Assembly: GCA_048938105.1 (NCBI GenBank)
Contig: JBHLMN010000014.1
Coordinates: forward strand, 64,001-128,000
Origin: Promethearchaeota archaeon
GTDB taxonomy: Archaea; Asgardarchaeota; Heimdallarchaeia; Hodarchaeales; Hodarchaeaceae
Length of the DNA stretch: 64,000 nt
Direction of reading: 5' to 3'
Part shown: piece after piece, positions 8,854 to 18,281 of the stretch
Numbering within the stretch: position 1 is the first letter of the stretch
Layout of the letters: each line of letters opens with the position of its first letter
Translations under genes and position numbers: made by a program
The notes under the pieces: model-generated
What the model saw: the letters and a program-made list of their open reading frames with translations, nothing else
Database searches by the model: none
What the model was told of the DNA's origin: nothing

Positions 8854-9360
8854 TTGGTTATAACCCCTATTTGCAACTTCTGCGCAAAAACTGGAGTTTT
8901 ATGCAAGAAATGTAAACAGAAACTTAGAAAGGGGAAATTCACTCAACTGGATGTCGACGTTTCCAAAGCTTTTGCTAAAGCTGAACAGCGATTTCCTAAA
9001 CAACTTCAAAATGTGACCTTAGACCGCGCACATCGTCTTAACGGATCCATTGTTCTATTAACACGGAATGGTAATAACATTCTGGAAAATGAAGATTTAA
9101 AACATTTTATTGAAGATGAAATTCGAAAACCTATTGAGATTGTAGAAAGAAAATCTGATACACGAAAAACTTTTGCAGATTTCTTCGCTCCTCTCGATAT
9201 TCTTGAAATTGACCAGATTTTTGCCCCTCCTGAGGGTGATATCGAATTAAAGATCACCTTACGAGGTGACCCAAATTTACTTCGATTCCCTTTAGATCAA
9301 TTGAAACAGATTGCTGAGCTAATTTCAAAGAATTCTGTGCGGCTGGAAATCCAAAGCTAG
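8854..9360 (+). CDS. Archaeal NusA-like KH-domain protein with N-terminal Cys cluster
   Basis: N-terminal PICNFCAKTGVLCKKC followed by KH-like segments. Confidence 0.7.
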   Translation: MVITPICNFCAKTGVLCKKCKQKLRKGKFTQLDVDVSKAFAKAEQRFPKQLQNVTLDRAHRLNGSIVLLTRNGNNILENEDLKHFIEDEIRKPIEIVERKSDTRKTFADFFAPLDILEIDQIFAPPEGDIELKITLRGDPNLLRFPLDQLKQIAELISKNSVRLEIQS

Positions 9361-9375
9361 AAATTTCTATATTTA

Positions 9376-10002
9376 TCAAGGTAGAAATATTGATATTATT
9401 CCCCCAATCGACAAACCTAAGATTTGTAATATACCTTGTAGTATACAGAGGATTCCAACGATTATAGATATTAGGGGTGATGATAGAACTTCTGCAACAA
9501 GAAGATAGAGATCCTCAAACATTTTTATTGATAGATAAATGACTAAAAAGAGGACAAAAAATACAACTGATAATAATTGTACTGATTCAGCTCCAAGGAA
9601 GACTAGTAGCCCTGCTCCAAGCAATCCAATTGCTAAAGAGATGAAAGCTCCAAATCTGAATTCTTTTATTGGTCGTAGTATCAATACGAGACCAAGGATA
9701 CACAAAAATACGATAGTAACCAGATCAAACGTTGGATATTCTTCAATGAATGTAGGACCTGGTTCACCCATAATTGACCAAAGGTATAATCCAGCTCCAA
9801 TTGTGATTAAGGCAATAACACCTATAGGGAACCCTATTAATGATAATTTGTCAACGATATTAGATAGATCATCTGAACTTACTCCAGCAAGTCGTACCAA
9901 TAGCCATGAAGCTGCTAATAAGCCACCAAGAATTAGAATAACGAAATTCCAAGAAACAAGAGTTTCGGATGAGAGTTGCACAAGATCAAGAGCCATACAC
10001 AT
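9376..10002 (-). CDS. Multi-pass membrane protein, unknown function
   Basis: About six hydrophobic segments. Confidence 0.75.
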   Translation of the reverse strand: MCMALDLVQLSSETLVSWNFVILILGGLLAASWLLVRLAGVSSDDLSNIVDKLSLIGFPIGVIALITIGAGLYLWSIMGEPGPTFIEEYPTFDLVTIVFLCILGLVLILRPIKEFRFGAFISLAIGLLGAGLLVFLGAESVQLLSVVFFVLFLVIYLSIKMFEDLYLLVAEVLSSPLISIIVGILCILQGILQILGLSIGGIISIFLP

Positions 10003-10191
10003 CCTTTCCTTATATTCTCCTTCTTTAGAAGTAATTATGCTTGATTGGATTAATTAATGCTTCCTATATATTATGTATTTTGTATTGGTACATGAAATAA
10101 GTTTGAATCCTTTTATTACTAAAACCAGCCGTTTTTCTCATACTTTGATAACAAATGAAATTTTATTCATTAAATAAACCCCCCAAAAAGA

Positions 10192-11397
10192 CTAAATTTG
10201 GGGCCAACCCATGAAAAAAAGAGTAAGGAGTAAATTGATTCCCAGTACTCCTAATGTAAAGTATCTAATCCAAGGTAGATATTTTTCAAATTTTGGCCCC
10301 AAAAATGCGGTTAAAAGCTTATCTCCATCTAAAAAAGGAATGGGTAACAGATTCATGATTGCCAACATAAGATTAATCATAAAAACATAGATAAGTGTGT
10401 TGAGTGTCCAATAAGGGATTAAATTTACTAAAGGTGAAGGGCTAAAAAAGTGTGGTTTAAAGTATTCCCACGTACGAATCCCTATGAATCCTTTTGTATG
10501 GTCATCGCTACGTTGTACCGTTTTAAGGGTGATAGGATCTCTTCCACTGGCGAAATGAAAAGTTAAGGTTTGGTTAGGAAAGACGGATGAATTAACAAAT
10601 TCTCGAAAATCACTAGCAGATAATATTTTATTATAACCATTGGATGTACTTATCCCAATAATTGCATAACCTGCTTTCATGCCTGCTTGATAAGCTGGAT
10701 TTTCTGGGATTGTTTCTATTATTAAAGCTCCATTCGACTCAGGTTGATAAAGAGGAGCGATCAACAAGGGAAAACCTATTGGAATAATCAAGATTATTAT
10801 GATAAGTCCTGCCACCACCATATTAGCCAACGCGCCAGCTGCCATAATTCGTGCTTTGGATCGACGGGATTTTTGAGCTAATATTTCGTCATCAGGTTCA
10901 ACAAAAGCTCCAAAAAGCACTAGAAAAATGAAGATTCCAGTACTTTTCAGGTCAACTTCTTCCACACGTGCAGATATTCCATGAGCAAATTCATGAGCAA
11001 TCGCTCCAATCATTATAGCAACGATGAAATATGGAAGTGTTTGAAACGAGACGGTTATCCCTGGAATTACAGGAGTCACACCAATAGCACTAGTCGTTCC
11101 TTCTGCAGTTGGTTGGAAAAATAAAGGAATATTAATAGTAAAAATGGTTAAACCAACAATGAGGATCCCCAATCCAGAAATTACTCCAATATCCCAAATA
11201 AATTTCCATATGATCCGTCCTCTTCTCGCGAGTCTATCAATAAAGTTATTTAGTTTTTTTGTACGATACATAGCATATCCTAAGCCGATTTCGGGATTTT
11301 TCACCTCAAACCAATGGATTCGAGCAATTGCATTCAAAGAAATCCAGCTAAACCCTACAATTATTAAAAAAATAATCGGATCCATTTCATCTTCCAT
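10192..11397 (-). CDS. Site-2 protease (M50) with PDZ-like insert
   Basis: HEFAH, GAFVEP, AAGALAN and NLLPIPFLDG motifs; PDZ-like IETIPENPAYQAGMKAG. Confidence 0.92.
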   Translation of the reverse strand: MEDEMDPIIFLIIVGFSWISLNAIARIHWFEVKNPEIGLGYAMYRTKKLNNFIDRLARRGRIIWKFIWDIGVISGLGILIVGLTIFTINIPLFFQPTAEGTTSAIGVTPVIPGITVSFQTLPYFIVAIMIGAIAHEFAHGISARVEEVDLKSTGIFIFLVLFGAFVEPDDEILAQKSRRSKARIMAAGALANMVVAGLIIIILIIPIGFPLLIAPLYQPESNGALIIETIPENPAYQAGMKAGYAIIGISTSNGYNKILSASDFREFVNSSVFPNQTLTFHFASGRDPITLKTVQRSDDHTKGFIGIRTWEYFKPHFFSPSPLVNLIPYWTLNTLIYVFMINLMLAIMNLLPIPFLDGDKLLTAFLGPKFEKYLPWIRYFTLGVLGINLLLTLFFMGWPQI

Positions 11398-11636
11398 CTT
11401 ATTTGGTAATGGTTAAAACAAAATATTTCAAAACTAGTAATTTCAAGATTTTAACGCACTTAGGCGTCCTATAAAAGACATTTTCATGAATAAGACTGAA
11501 TCCTTTCTGTTTATATTCTACTAAAGGATTTTTTGTTGAATAAATAGAAAAGTATTTTTTGGGGTTTTCATCCTTTTACAATATTACTAGGAATTTTAAC
11601 TTAATTTAATTGTAAATCGAGGAGACTTGAATAGAT

Positions 11637-12449
11637 TTGAAAATCGCTCTCATTCAGCAACATACAACACAGAATAAGAATGAAAATGTAAAACGGGGAA
11701 TAAAAAGCTTAGAAGAAGCAGCCTCTCAAGGAGTAAAATTAGTTGCATTTCATAAACTTGCTTTTGAGTACTTTTGGCCTCAAAAACCAGCAACCAATGC
11801 TTTTCGTGATTTAGCTGAACCTGTACCAGGGCCTACAACAGAAAAATTCATGGAAAAAGCAGAAGAATTTGGTTTAGTAGTTGTTCTTAATCTATTTGAG
11901 CGAGAAAATGAAAAGACTTACGATTGTTCTCCTATTATAGATAGTAATGGGAAATTACTAGGAAAGACTAGAATGATTCATATCTTAGAAGCGCCCTTCT
12001 TTCACGAAAAAGGGTATTATACACCTGGTAATTTAGGGATAGAAGTCTTTAATACTACAATTGGTTGCATTGGGGTTGCTATCTGTTATGATCGGCACTT
12101 TCCTGAATATATGAGAATGTTGGCTCTAAAAGGGGCAGAATTAGTGGTTGTTCCTCAAGCTGGTGCTGTTGATGAATGGCCTCCTGGCATTTTTGAAGCT
12201 GAATTGCAAATCGCTGCGTTTCAAAACGGTTATTTTACTGCTTTAGTCAATCGAGTTGGTAAAGAAGACAGTGTGACTTTTGCTGGTGAATCATTTATGA
12301 CTGATCCAGAAGGCCGAGTCATTGTTCGAGCACCGAAACTAAAAGACTTTATCCTCTATCATGATATAGATCTTAAAGAACTCAAGAATTGTCAAGCTAG
12401 AAAGCATTTTCTTAAGGATCGTCGTCCAGAAATTTATCATTTAGATTAA
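11637..12449 (+). CDS. Carbon-nitrogen hydrolase (nitrilase superfamily) with altered catalytic Glu and Lys positions
   Basis: ICYDRHFPE nucleophile motif, NRVG and FAGES are present. FHKL replaces the usual FxEL, and TRMIHI replaces the usual RKxH. Confidence 0.85.
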   Translation: MKIALIQQHTTQNKNENVKRGIKSLEEAASQGVKLVAFHKLAFEYFWPQKPATNAFRDLAEPVPGPTTEKFMEKAEEFGLVVVLNLFERENEKTYDCSPIIDSNGKLLGKTRMIHILEAPFFHEKGYYTPGNLGIEVFNTTIGCIGVAICYDRHFPEYMRMLALKGAELVVVPQAGAVDEWPPGIFEAELQIAAFQNGYFTALVNRVGKEDSVTFAGESFMTDPEGRVIVRAPKLKDFILYHDIDLKELKNCQARKHFLKDRRPEIYHLD

Positions 12450-12546
12450 AACAAAAAATAAACCTTTTTATTCCTAAGATGAGGCTAGATATATATCGAA
12501 AAATAAGAGAGCGAAAACCTCAAAAAGATTGAGATAACTTCATTAT

Positions 12547-12652
12547 ATTGGAAGGATCCAATGACGGCTCTAGCCCTCCCGATAAGGCATAAAATACATC
12601 TATTTGAGTCTTAGATGATGAAGATCTTGAGTTCAGAGGTGTCCTTCCCAAT
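12547..12652 (+). ncRNA. Box C/D guide sRNA (B) with long terminal stem and internal insert
   Basis: Stem ATTGGAAGGA/TCCTTC-CCAAT; C-like ATGACGG 12561-12567; D' CCGA 12579-12582; insert closed by TAAGGC/GTCTTA; C' ATGATGA 12615-12621; 12-nt guide; D CAGA 12634-12637. Confidence 0.65.
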
Positions 12653-12654
12653 AA

Positions 12655-13131
12655 TCATAAAGTTGAGTTTGTGCTTCTTTCTTTTTCTTCCATTCTCAGT
12701 TTAGTACTACTTTCTACAGTACCATCTGTACGAATAACACGAGGGATTACAATAATGGTGAGTTTTGACTTCCCGTGTTTTATACGGAAACGGTTAATTG
12801 CATTTGCTCCCGAAAATGTCTCTTGAGATACAACCAAAGCAGATAAATCCGCTTCACTTGCTAATTTCTGATCCATTCCAAGGTCGTTTATAGTTGAGAT
12901 AAGAATATGGGTATTACGGCTTAAAAGATGATTTTCAACCTTTTTTTTACGAAATTGGAAACTTTGAATCATTTTAAAGTGTTTTTTCTTGTTCTTTTTC
13001 AAATAACTTGAGTTAATCAAACCAACATGGACACATTGACCGTAATAAGCAGCAATATCGAGGAATAATTTGTGTCCCCTGTGTAGGCGATCAAACGTCC
13101 CACCTAAACCGACGTTTTTATATTGTTTCAC
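12655..13131 (-). CDS. coaD: Phosphopantetheine adenylyltransferase (archaeal/eukaryotic type)
   Basis: GGTFDRLHRGH, LVVSQET and SSTKLR motifs. Confidence 0.9.
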   Translation of the reverse strand: MKQYKNVGLGGTFDRLHRGHKLFLDIAAYYGQCVHVGLINSSYLKKNKKKHFKMIQSFQFRKKKVENHLLSRNTHILISTINDLGMDQKLASEADLSALVVSQETFSGANAINRFRIKHGKSKLTIIVIPRVIRTDGTVESSTKLRMEEKERSTNSTL

Positions 13132-13314
13132 AATCTAAACTCCATGAATGAGTTTGGGAGGTTTAATCTAAAATTTCATTGTGCTGTAAAAATGAAATTG
13201 AAATGTTCAATACCTAGCTGGGTAAAACGTTTTAAAAACATACTAATTATAGAAAGGTTTTTTTATTCATTCCACAAAAATTTAAATGCGATGAAGGAAT
13301 AGATTCTGCTTTTC

Positions 13315-13566
13315 GAGGACCTGAGGATTTTAATGAATCATGGTGCAAATAAGCAGAGAAATCCGGAGCTCTTCAATCCGATAAGATTAGGAGACGGGCT
13401 CTCGCATGAGATTGGGTGAGTCACCCATCAATGAGCGGTAGGGTCAACCCTTCTAACCAACAGGAAACATTAGGATCGTTACTGCCCTTCACCAGAGAAC
13501 TCGACTGAGTTGGGAAAACCCTGTATGTGATGTCGCTAGAGTTAGTGTTAAGGGCTACAGATCCTT
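13315..13566 (+). ncRNA. Unidentified ~250-nt structured RNA
   Basis: GC-enriched intergenic island; TATA TTTAAAT at 13281-13287; terminal stem GAGGACCTG/CAGATCCTT; several long-range helices with G-U pairs on the + strand; T-tract after 13564. Confidence 0.65.
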
Positions 13567-13642
13567 TTAATTAATAAAGATAAAATTTAAGAGAAAGTTT
13601 TTATCAAATAGAAGAAAATAAAAGCACTAAGTTTTCTAATGG

Positions 13643-13680
13643 AAAAAAAGCAGGTGTCCTGCTGATCCTGCTGAAAAAAA
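13643..13680 (-). terminator. Hairpin plus T-tract terminator downstream of dnaG
   Basis: Minus strand T7-CAGCAGGATC-AGCAGG-ACA-CCTGCT-T6. Confidence 0.55.
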
Positions 13681-13689
13681 TGAGGGAAA

Positions 13690-14937
13690 TTATTCGGAGA
13701 ATGTGTAGATATCAATGTCTAAGGGTTTCTTTGTAACATCGTGTTGTTTAGCACCAACGATATTCTTTATTCCACGTTCTAGTGCAATATCAAGAAGCCT
13801 TTGGGTAATAATTCCGTCAAAAATTACAGTCTCTACATTTTTTGTCTCGAGAATGACATCTCGAAGTTCACTGATTGGTATATGTTCTTTTAAGACCTTT
13901 AATTTTTTTCCGAGTAGAATTGCTTCCTGTTCTGAGAGATTTTCGACAAATTGGCCGAAATTACGTGGTATTTTCGATGTTACAGAAGCATTTTTTTGTG
14001 ACTGAACAATAATGGGAATCTCTTTTGGTTCTATTTCTGATTGAGATTTATCTTGACTTTCTTCAGAAGTCTCTATACCTTCAGGAAGAATGTTCATCTC
14101 TTTCATTATTTGCTCAATTGGAATTTTAGTTCGTAGAGCTTTTAGAAGTTCTTTACTAGACAATTCTTCTACTTCACGATTTGGTGGGGCTTTAGCAACG
14201 TAGTCTAAATCAGTAAGGTGAATGAGTTCTCTAAGGATAAGATCCCCACCGTGGTCTCCATCTAAAAAGGCAGTTGTTACTTTTTTTCGAGTGAGTTCTA
14301 TTACATCTAATGGAACATTGGTTCCTTGGACAGCAATTACATTCCGAAAACCATGTTTTAAGAGATTGACAACATCAGCCCGCCCTTCCACAATGATTAA
14401 ATTATCACTCTCTTGAATGCCAGGGCCAGCAGGTAATTCTTCTTTTCCATATTTTTGAATAATACTGATTCGAGCTTCTTTGAGAACCTCCTCTAGAACA
14501 GAGATTGAATCAGGGGCGATCTCGTGATCCCATGTTTTCAGAATTTGAGATGCGCGTGTGATAATTTGCCTTCTTTTACTTTCACGAACGTCCTCAATTT
14601 TAAGCAGAGCAATTTTCCCAACACAGGGTCCAACACGATCTACAGTTTCTAAAGCAGCAGCAAGCAAAGCTGTCTCGACCCTGTCTAAAGAAGAAGGTAC
14701 TATAATAGTTCCAGTAGTTTTTCTTTGCTTCTTTTGGTATTGTAGTTTAACAGCAATTCTTCCTATTCTTGATGTTTTTTGTAATTCTCTTAAATCTAGG
14801 CCCTCACCAATTAATCCCTCAGTTTGGCCGAATAATGCTCCAATAATATCTGATCGTTCAGCCACTCCGCTAATACTAAATTTCTCGTGGATAAGGTACT
14901 TTACAGTTGAAGTATCGATATCCTCTTCGTTAACCAT
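13690..14937 (-). CDS. dnaG: Archaeal DnaG (TOPRIM; exosome-associated)
   Basis: IGALFGQTEGL, LRELQK, VEGRADV and FLDGDHGG motifs. ATG start MVNEED at 14937 preferred. Confidence 0.95.
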   Translation of the reverse strand: MVNEEDIDTSTVKYLIHEKFSISGVAERSDIIGALFGQTEGLIGEGLDLRELQKTSRIGRIAVKLQYQKKQRKTTGTIIVPSSLDRVETALLAAALETVDRVGPCVGKIALLKIEDVRESKRRQIITRASQILKTWDHEIAPDSISVLEEVLKEARISIIQKYGKEELPAGPGIQESDNLIIVEGRADVVNLLKHGFRNVIAVQGTNVPLDVIELTRKKVTTAFLDGDHGGDLILRELIHLTDLDYVAKAPPNREVEELSSKELLKALRTKIPIEQIMKEMNILPEGIETSEESQDKSQSEIEPKEIPIIVQSQKNASVTSKIPRNFGQFVENLSEQEAILLGKKLKVLKEHIPISELRDVILETKNVETVIFDGIITQRLLDIALERGIKNIVGAKQHDVTKKPLDIDIYTFSE

Positions 14938-15372
14938 GGTTGTTTCACCTCCAAAGGTTACTAGGTGAAACCACATATTTCATTATGATTGAAGAGATCC
15001 TCTTTGGTTTTAATGGTTTTGTTTAGTTATTATGAACATGATGAAAATAGTTAATGGAAAGTTAATGAGGTGATAATGATGATATGCAGTTCCACTTGCA
15101 TAATTGTCTTTATTTCTTTTTTTAGTAAGTTTACATTCTAAATTGATTTATTTGCCATTACTCTTTGAATTAATATCAGCTGAAAGTGATATCTTTAATA
15201 CATATATTTTAATATCCAGTCGGATTCATTCTAAATTCGTGATATCTTTTTAGTGCAAATATGTTTGTGAATAAACCTGCAGGACAAAAGTTTATTCATT
15301 TTGCTTGCTATAACAACTCACGAATTGAGAGAATTTTAAATTATGGGTAGATAGATTGATTGATTTAAATTC

Positions 15373-15591
15373 TTATTTAGTAAATTTCTGCTTCCGTAAG
15401 GCTAACATAATATCTTTATCTTCCACTGTTTTTTTACCAGCATAAGATGCTATCTCCCAGGCTAATCTAGCAATTTTAACGCCATATTCCTCCAATTCCT
15501 TTTGTAAAGCCGTTATCGCAGATTTTGAAACCCTCTCTGCCCCTCCTTTTCGAATAATTCGATCTATCGAAGAAACTGGAATCTCTACCAC
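15373..15591 (-). CDS. Archaeal histone (HMf-like fold)
   Basis: IPVSSIDRIIRKGGAERVS...AGKKTVEDKDI. GTG start at 15591 preferred; the longer ORF reaches 15645. Confidence 0.9.
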   Translation of the reverse strand: MVEIPVSSIDRIIRKGGAERVSKSAITALQKELEEYGVKIARLAWEIASYAGKKTVEDKDIMLALRKQKFTK

Positions 15592-15824
15592 CTTAATTTC
15601 CTCTAATGCTTTCTTAACCAAGTATAATTCTTCATAATTTTTCAATATTATTAGATTCTGCCATCAGTCATTATTTTTCTGAACTCCTTTGTTGATAAAA
15701 CAGCTAAATAAATTTAAAATGCTGATTAGGATAAAGCCAGATTCAGAGGTTTTCGGACTCTTTCATCGAATACTTCATTGAATTCTGTTGAAAGACCAGG
15801 AATGGACAATTGAGTTGAAATTAT

Positions 15825-16343
15825 ATGGGAAAAAGGCCTGCATACTGTTATTCTCGTGTAGACAGACCTCCTTACACGCGGAAAAAATTCATTAAAGGTG
15901 GTCCCGAGCCTAAAATTCGTGCTTTTGATTTTGGATCACCAGAAAAAGAATTCCCTTTGGAAATATCGTTGATCACTGATGAAAGATGCCAAATTTCTCA
16001 CAATGCCCTCGAAGCTGCTCGGATTCATGTTAATCGATTTTTAACACGGAAAATTGGGCGAGATAACTACCATTATCGTGTTTGTGTTTATCCCCATCAT
16101 AGAATACGTGAGAATAAAATGATGACTGGCGCTGGAGCGGATCGTTTGCAAGATGGTATGCGTAAAGCCTTTGGGAAAATTATAAGTGTTGCAGCTCGTG
16201 TTTTTGAAGGAGATCGAATTTTATTTATCAGAACTTATCCAGAGAATTTAGCTTTAGCCAAAGATGCACTCCGTCGCGGAAAAGCTAAATTTCCTACCCC
16301 CTGTCGTATTAAGATCACGAAAGGACAAGAATTAGTGATGTAA
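15825..16343 (+). CDS. rpl10e: Ribosomal protein uL16 (L10e)
   Basis: RPAYCY, ALEAARI and GAGADRLQDGMRKAFGK motifs. Confidence 0.97.
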   Translation: MGKRPAYCYSRVDRPPYTRKKFIKGGPEPKIRAFDFGSPEKEFPLEISLITDERCQISHNALEAARIHVNRFLTRKIGRDNYHYRVCVYPHHRIRENKMMTGAGADRLQDGMRKAFGKIISVAARVFEGDRILFIRTYPENLALAKDALRRGKAKFPTPCRIKITKGQELVM

Positions 16344-16612
16344 TTTTTAATCCCTCAATTTTACTTCAAACTTTCATGAACCAGAAGAAGCAGATGAGGT
16401 TCTTTTTGGGCTAAGGGCTTTCACCTCTGAAAATACTATTCAAGAAGGGTAGGAATAAAAACATCTTTCTTAAGTTATGCCAAGAAAGTTAAATTTATTG
16501 ATAATCATACCTTTAAGTATCTAACAATAAAATACTACACTAAAGTTCATCAACGATACTGCATAACAATCGCTAGGTCTGTAGATCAGAAGCTAATCTA
16601 GATTCCTTTAGA

Positions 16613-16703
16613 CAACATGATGAAACTGACCTAAACTGAGACGGGTTCATGCTTGGACACCTATTGAATCCGTTAATGATGTCCATGTACCTCACTGATC
16701 GTT
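16613..16703 (+). ncRNA. Box C/D guide sRNA (C), D guide complementary to SSU rRNA GAGGUGCAUGG
   Basis: C ATGATGA 16617-16623; guide AACTGACCTAAA; D' CTGA 16636-16639; 9-bp insert stem ACGGGTTCA/TGAATCCGT; C' ATGATGT 16676-16682; guide CCATGTACCTCA; D CTGA 16695-16698. Confidence 0.85.
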
Positions 16704-16774
16704 AATTTCCGATGATTAACTTTAATATCAATAATTCTGGATTTCCTTCAATCTCATCAAAGTACAATTCATAA

Positions 16775-17143
16775 ATGTGGGTTCTATTGCTTGAATTGAA
16801 GCAAGTAATAATTCTTCGAAAAGATTTACGGATGTCCAAAGGAAAAGCTGCAGCTCAAGCATCTCATGCTGCTGTTGCAGCGGCCATTAAATCAAAATAT
16901 GATAAACCAAACGAATTCAATTTATGGTGGAACACTGGACAGAAAAAGGTTGTATTAGGAGTAAATTCTGAGGCTGAATTAGTGGAACTTGAAAACAAAC
17001 TTAAGCCTACTGGAGTTGTTGTTGTAAGAATCGATGATGCAGGGAGAACTCAACTCCCTCCAGGCACAACAACAGCGTTAGGGGTAGGACCTCATGCCCA
17101 AAAAGCTGTTGAAGAAATCACCTCAACATTAAAGCTGTTTTAA
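16775..17143 (+). CDS. pth2: Peptidyl-tRNA hydrolase Pth2
   Basis: RKDLRMSKGKAAAQASHA and DAGRTQ motifs. Confidence 0.95.
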   Translation: MWVLLLELKQVIILRKDLRMSKGKAAAQASHAAVAAAIKSKYDKPNEFNLWWNTGQKKVVLGVNSEAELVELENKLKPTGVVVVRIDDAGRTQLPPGTTTALGVGPHAQKAVEEITSTLKLF

Positions 17144-17180
17144 AGCCTAATTGCCCTTTATAGAGTACAAGTGAGACTTA

Positions 17181-18281
17181 ATGCGTATTCTAAAGCTTGA
17201 TTTGAAGAATCAACGTGTTGTTTTACGACCTGAAAACCCTACAGATCTTTATGTCCTCTCAAATATTATTAGTATTGGAGACCATGTTATTTCTAAAACC
17301 ACTCGTAGAGTCAGACGGTCTGGTAGTGAAGGAAGATCGGGTGATGAAAGTCAAAGGATTAGCATGGTAATTGGGGTGGTAGTTGAGGACTTTGCCTTCC
17401 AGGACAGTTCTGTTAGCAATCGTTTACGGGTTAAAGGTACAATTTTCCAAGGCCCTGAGCAACATGTGTCTCTTGGCTCCTACCATACCCTTAACCTAGA
17501 GTTAACAAAAGCAATAACCATTATTAAGCCAGAATGGTCAAAATATTTTCTTGAATTATTGAAAAAAGCTGAAGAAGCAAGTAAAAAACCAAAAATTTGT
17601 CTAATTGCTATTGATAAGGCTGAAGTTTGTTTAGGTATTCTTGATAACTTCAATCTCAATGTAATTGCTCATGAGAAGTCACATATTTCTCGAAAGTTAA
17701 CAAAAGAAAAGGTTCGCTCAAAACAGACGCAATCTTTCTTTGATCGGATTGCAATGATTATTAACAGACAAGTATTGCCTGAAACAAATAATATCGTATT
17801 AGGGGGACCAGGTTTCATTAAAGAACAGTTAGCTTCCTTTTTAAAAAGAAAGTTTGTGAAACAAAACCTCAATGTTATCGTCTCCGGTTCATTAAGCGGT
17901 GGGAATCGTGTTGGGTTATCTGAGCTCCTAAAAATGGATGCGGTGGATAAACTCGCAGCAGATTTCCAAATATTCGAAGAAAATAGTTTAATTGATGAGT
18001 TTTTTAAAAGAATAAACCAAGGAGCTGCAGATGTAACATATGGATTTGCAGAGATAAAAAAAATCGCTAGTACAGGAGCTATAGAGACATTAATTTTATT
18101 GGATTCTCTGTTACGAGGAGTGGATGGATCAAATCAAGATGAAGTACAACACTTACTTCGTGAGATAGAAAAAACCCGTGGAAAAATATTTATCGTCTCA
18201 TCCCAAAGTGAAAACGCAAACCGAATGAAAACTTTTGGGGGTATTATTGCTCTTTTAAGGTATGCTCTTCATTGGGATTAA
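17181..18281 (+). CDS. pelA: Pelota/Dom34 ribosome rescue factor
   Basis: RLRVKG, GSYHT, GPGFIK and GGIIALLRY motifs. Confidence 0.93.
   Translation: MRILKLDLKNQRVVLRPENPTDLYVLSNIISIGDHVISKTTRRVRRSGSEGRSGDESQRISMVIGVVVEDFAFQDSSVSNRLRVKGTIFQGPEQHVSLGSYHTLNLELTKAITIIKPEWSKYFLELLKKAEEASKKPKICLIAIDKAEVCLGILDNFNLNVIAHEKSHISRKLTKEKVRSKQTQSFFDRIAMIINRQVLPETNNIVLGGPGFIKEQLASFLKRKFVKQNLNVIVSGSLSGGNRVGLSELLKMDAVDKLAADFQIFEENSLIDEFFKRINQGAADVTYGFAEIKKIASTGAIETLILLDSLLRGVDGSNQDEVQHLLREIEKTRGKIFIVSSQSENANRMKTFGGIIALLRYALHWD

Noticed and set aside
13428-13439. Match between the sRNA A D guide and the 250-nt RNA (ATGAGCGGT)
   Set aside because: It is identity on the + strand. Pairing would need the minus strand, whereas the G-U pairs and promoter favour +. 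Could be chance.
13535-13555. Telomerase-template-like CCCTTAACACTAAC on the minus strand
   Set aside because: Imperfect, on the disfavoured strand, and no reverse transcriptase is in view.
16391-16429. Hairpin downstream of uL16 as an H/ACA sRNA
   Set aside because: No clear K-turn, pseudouridylation pocket or ACA box.
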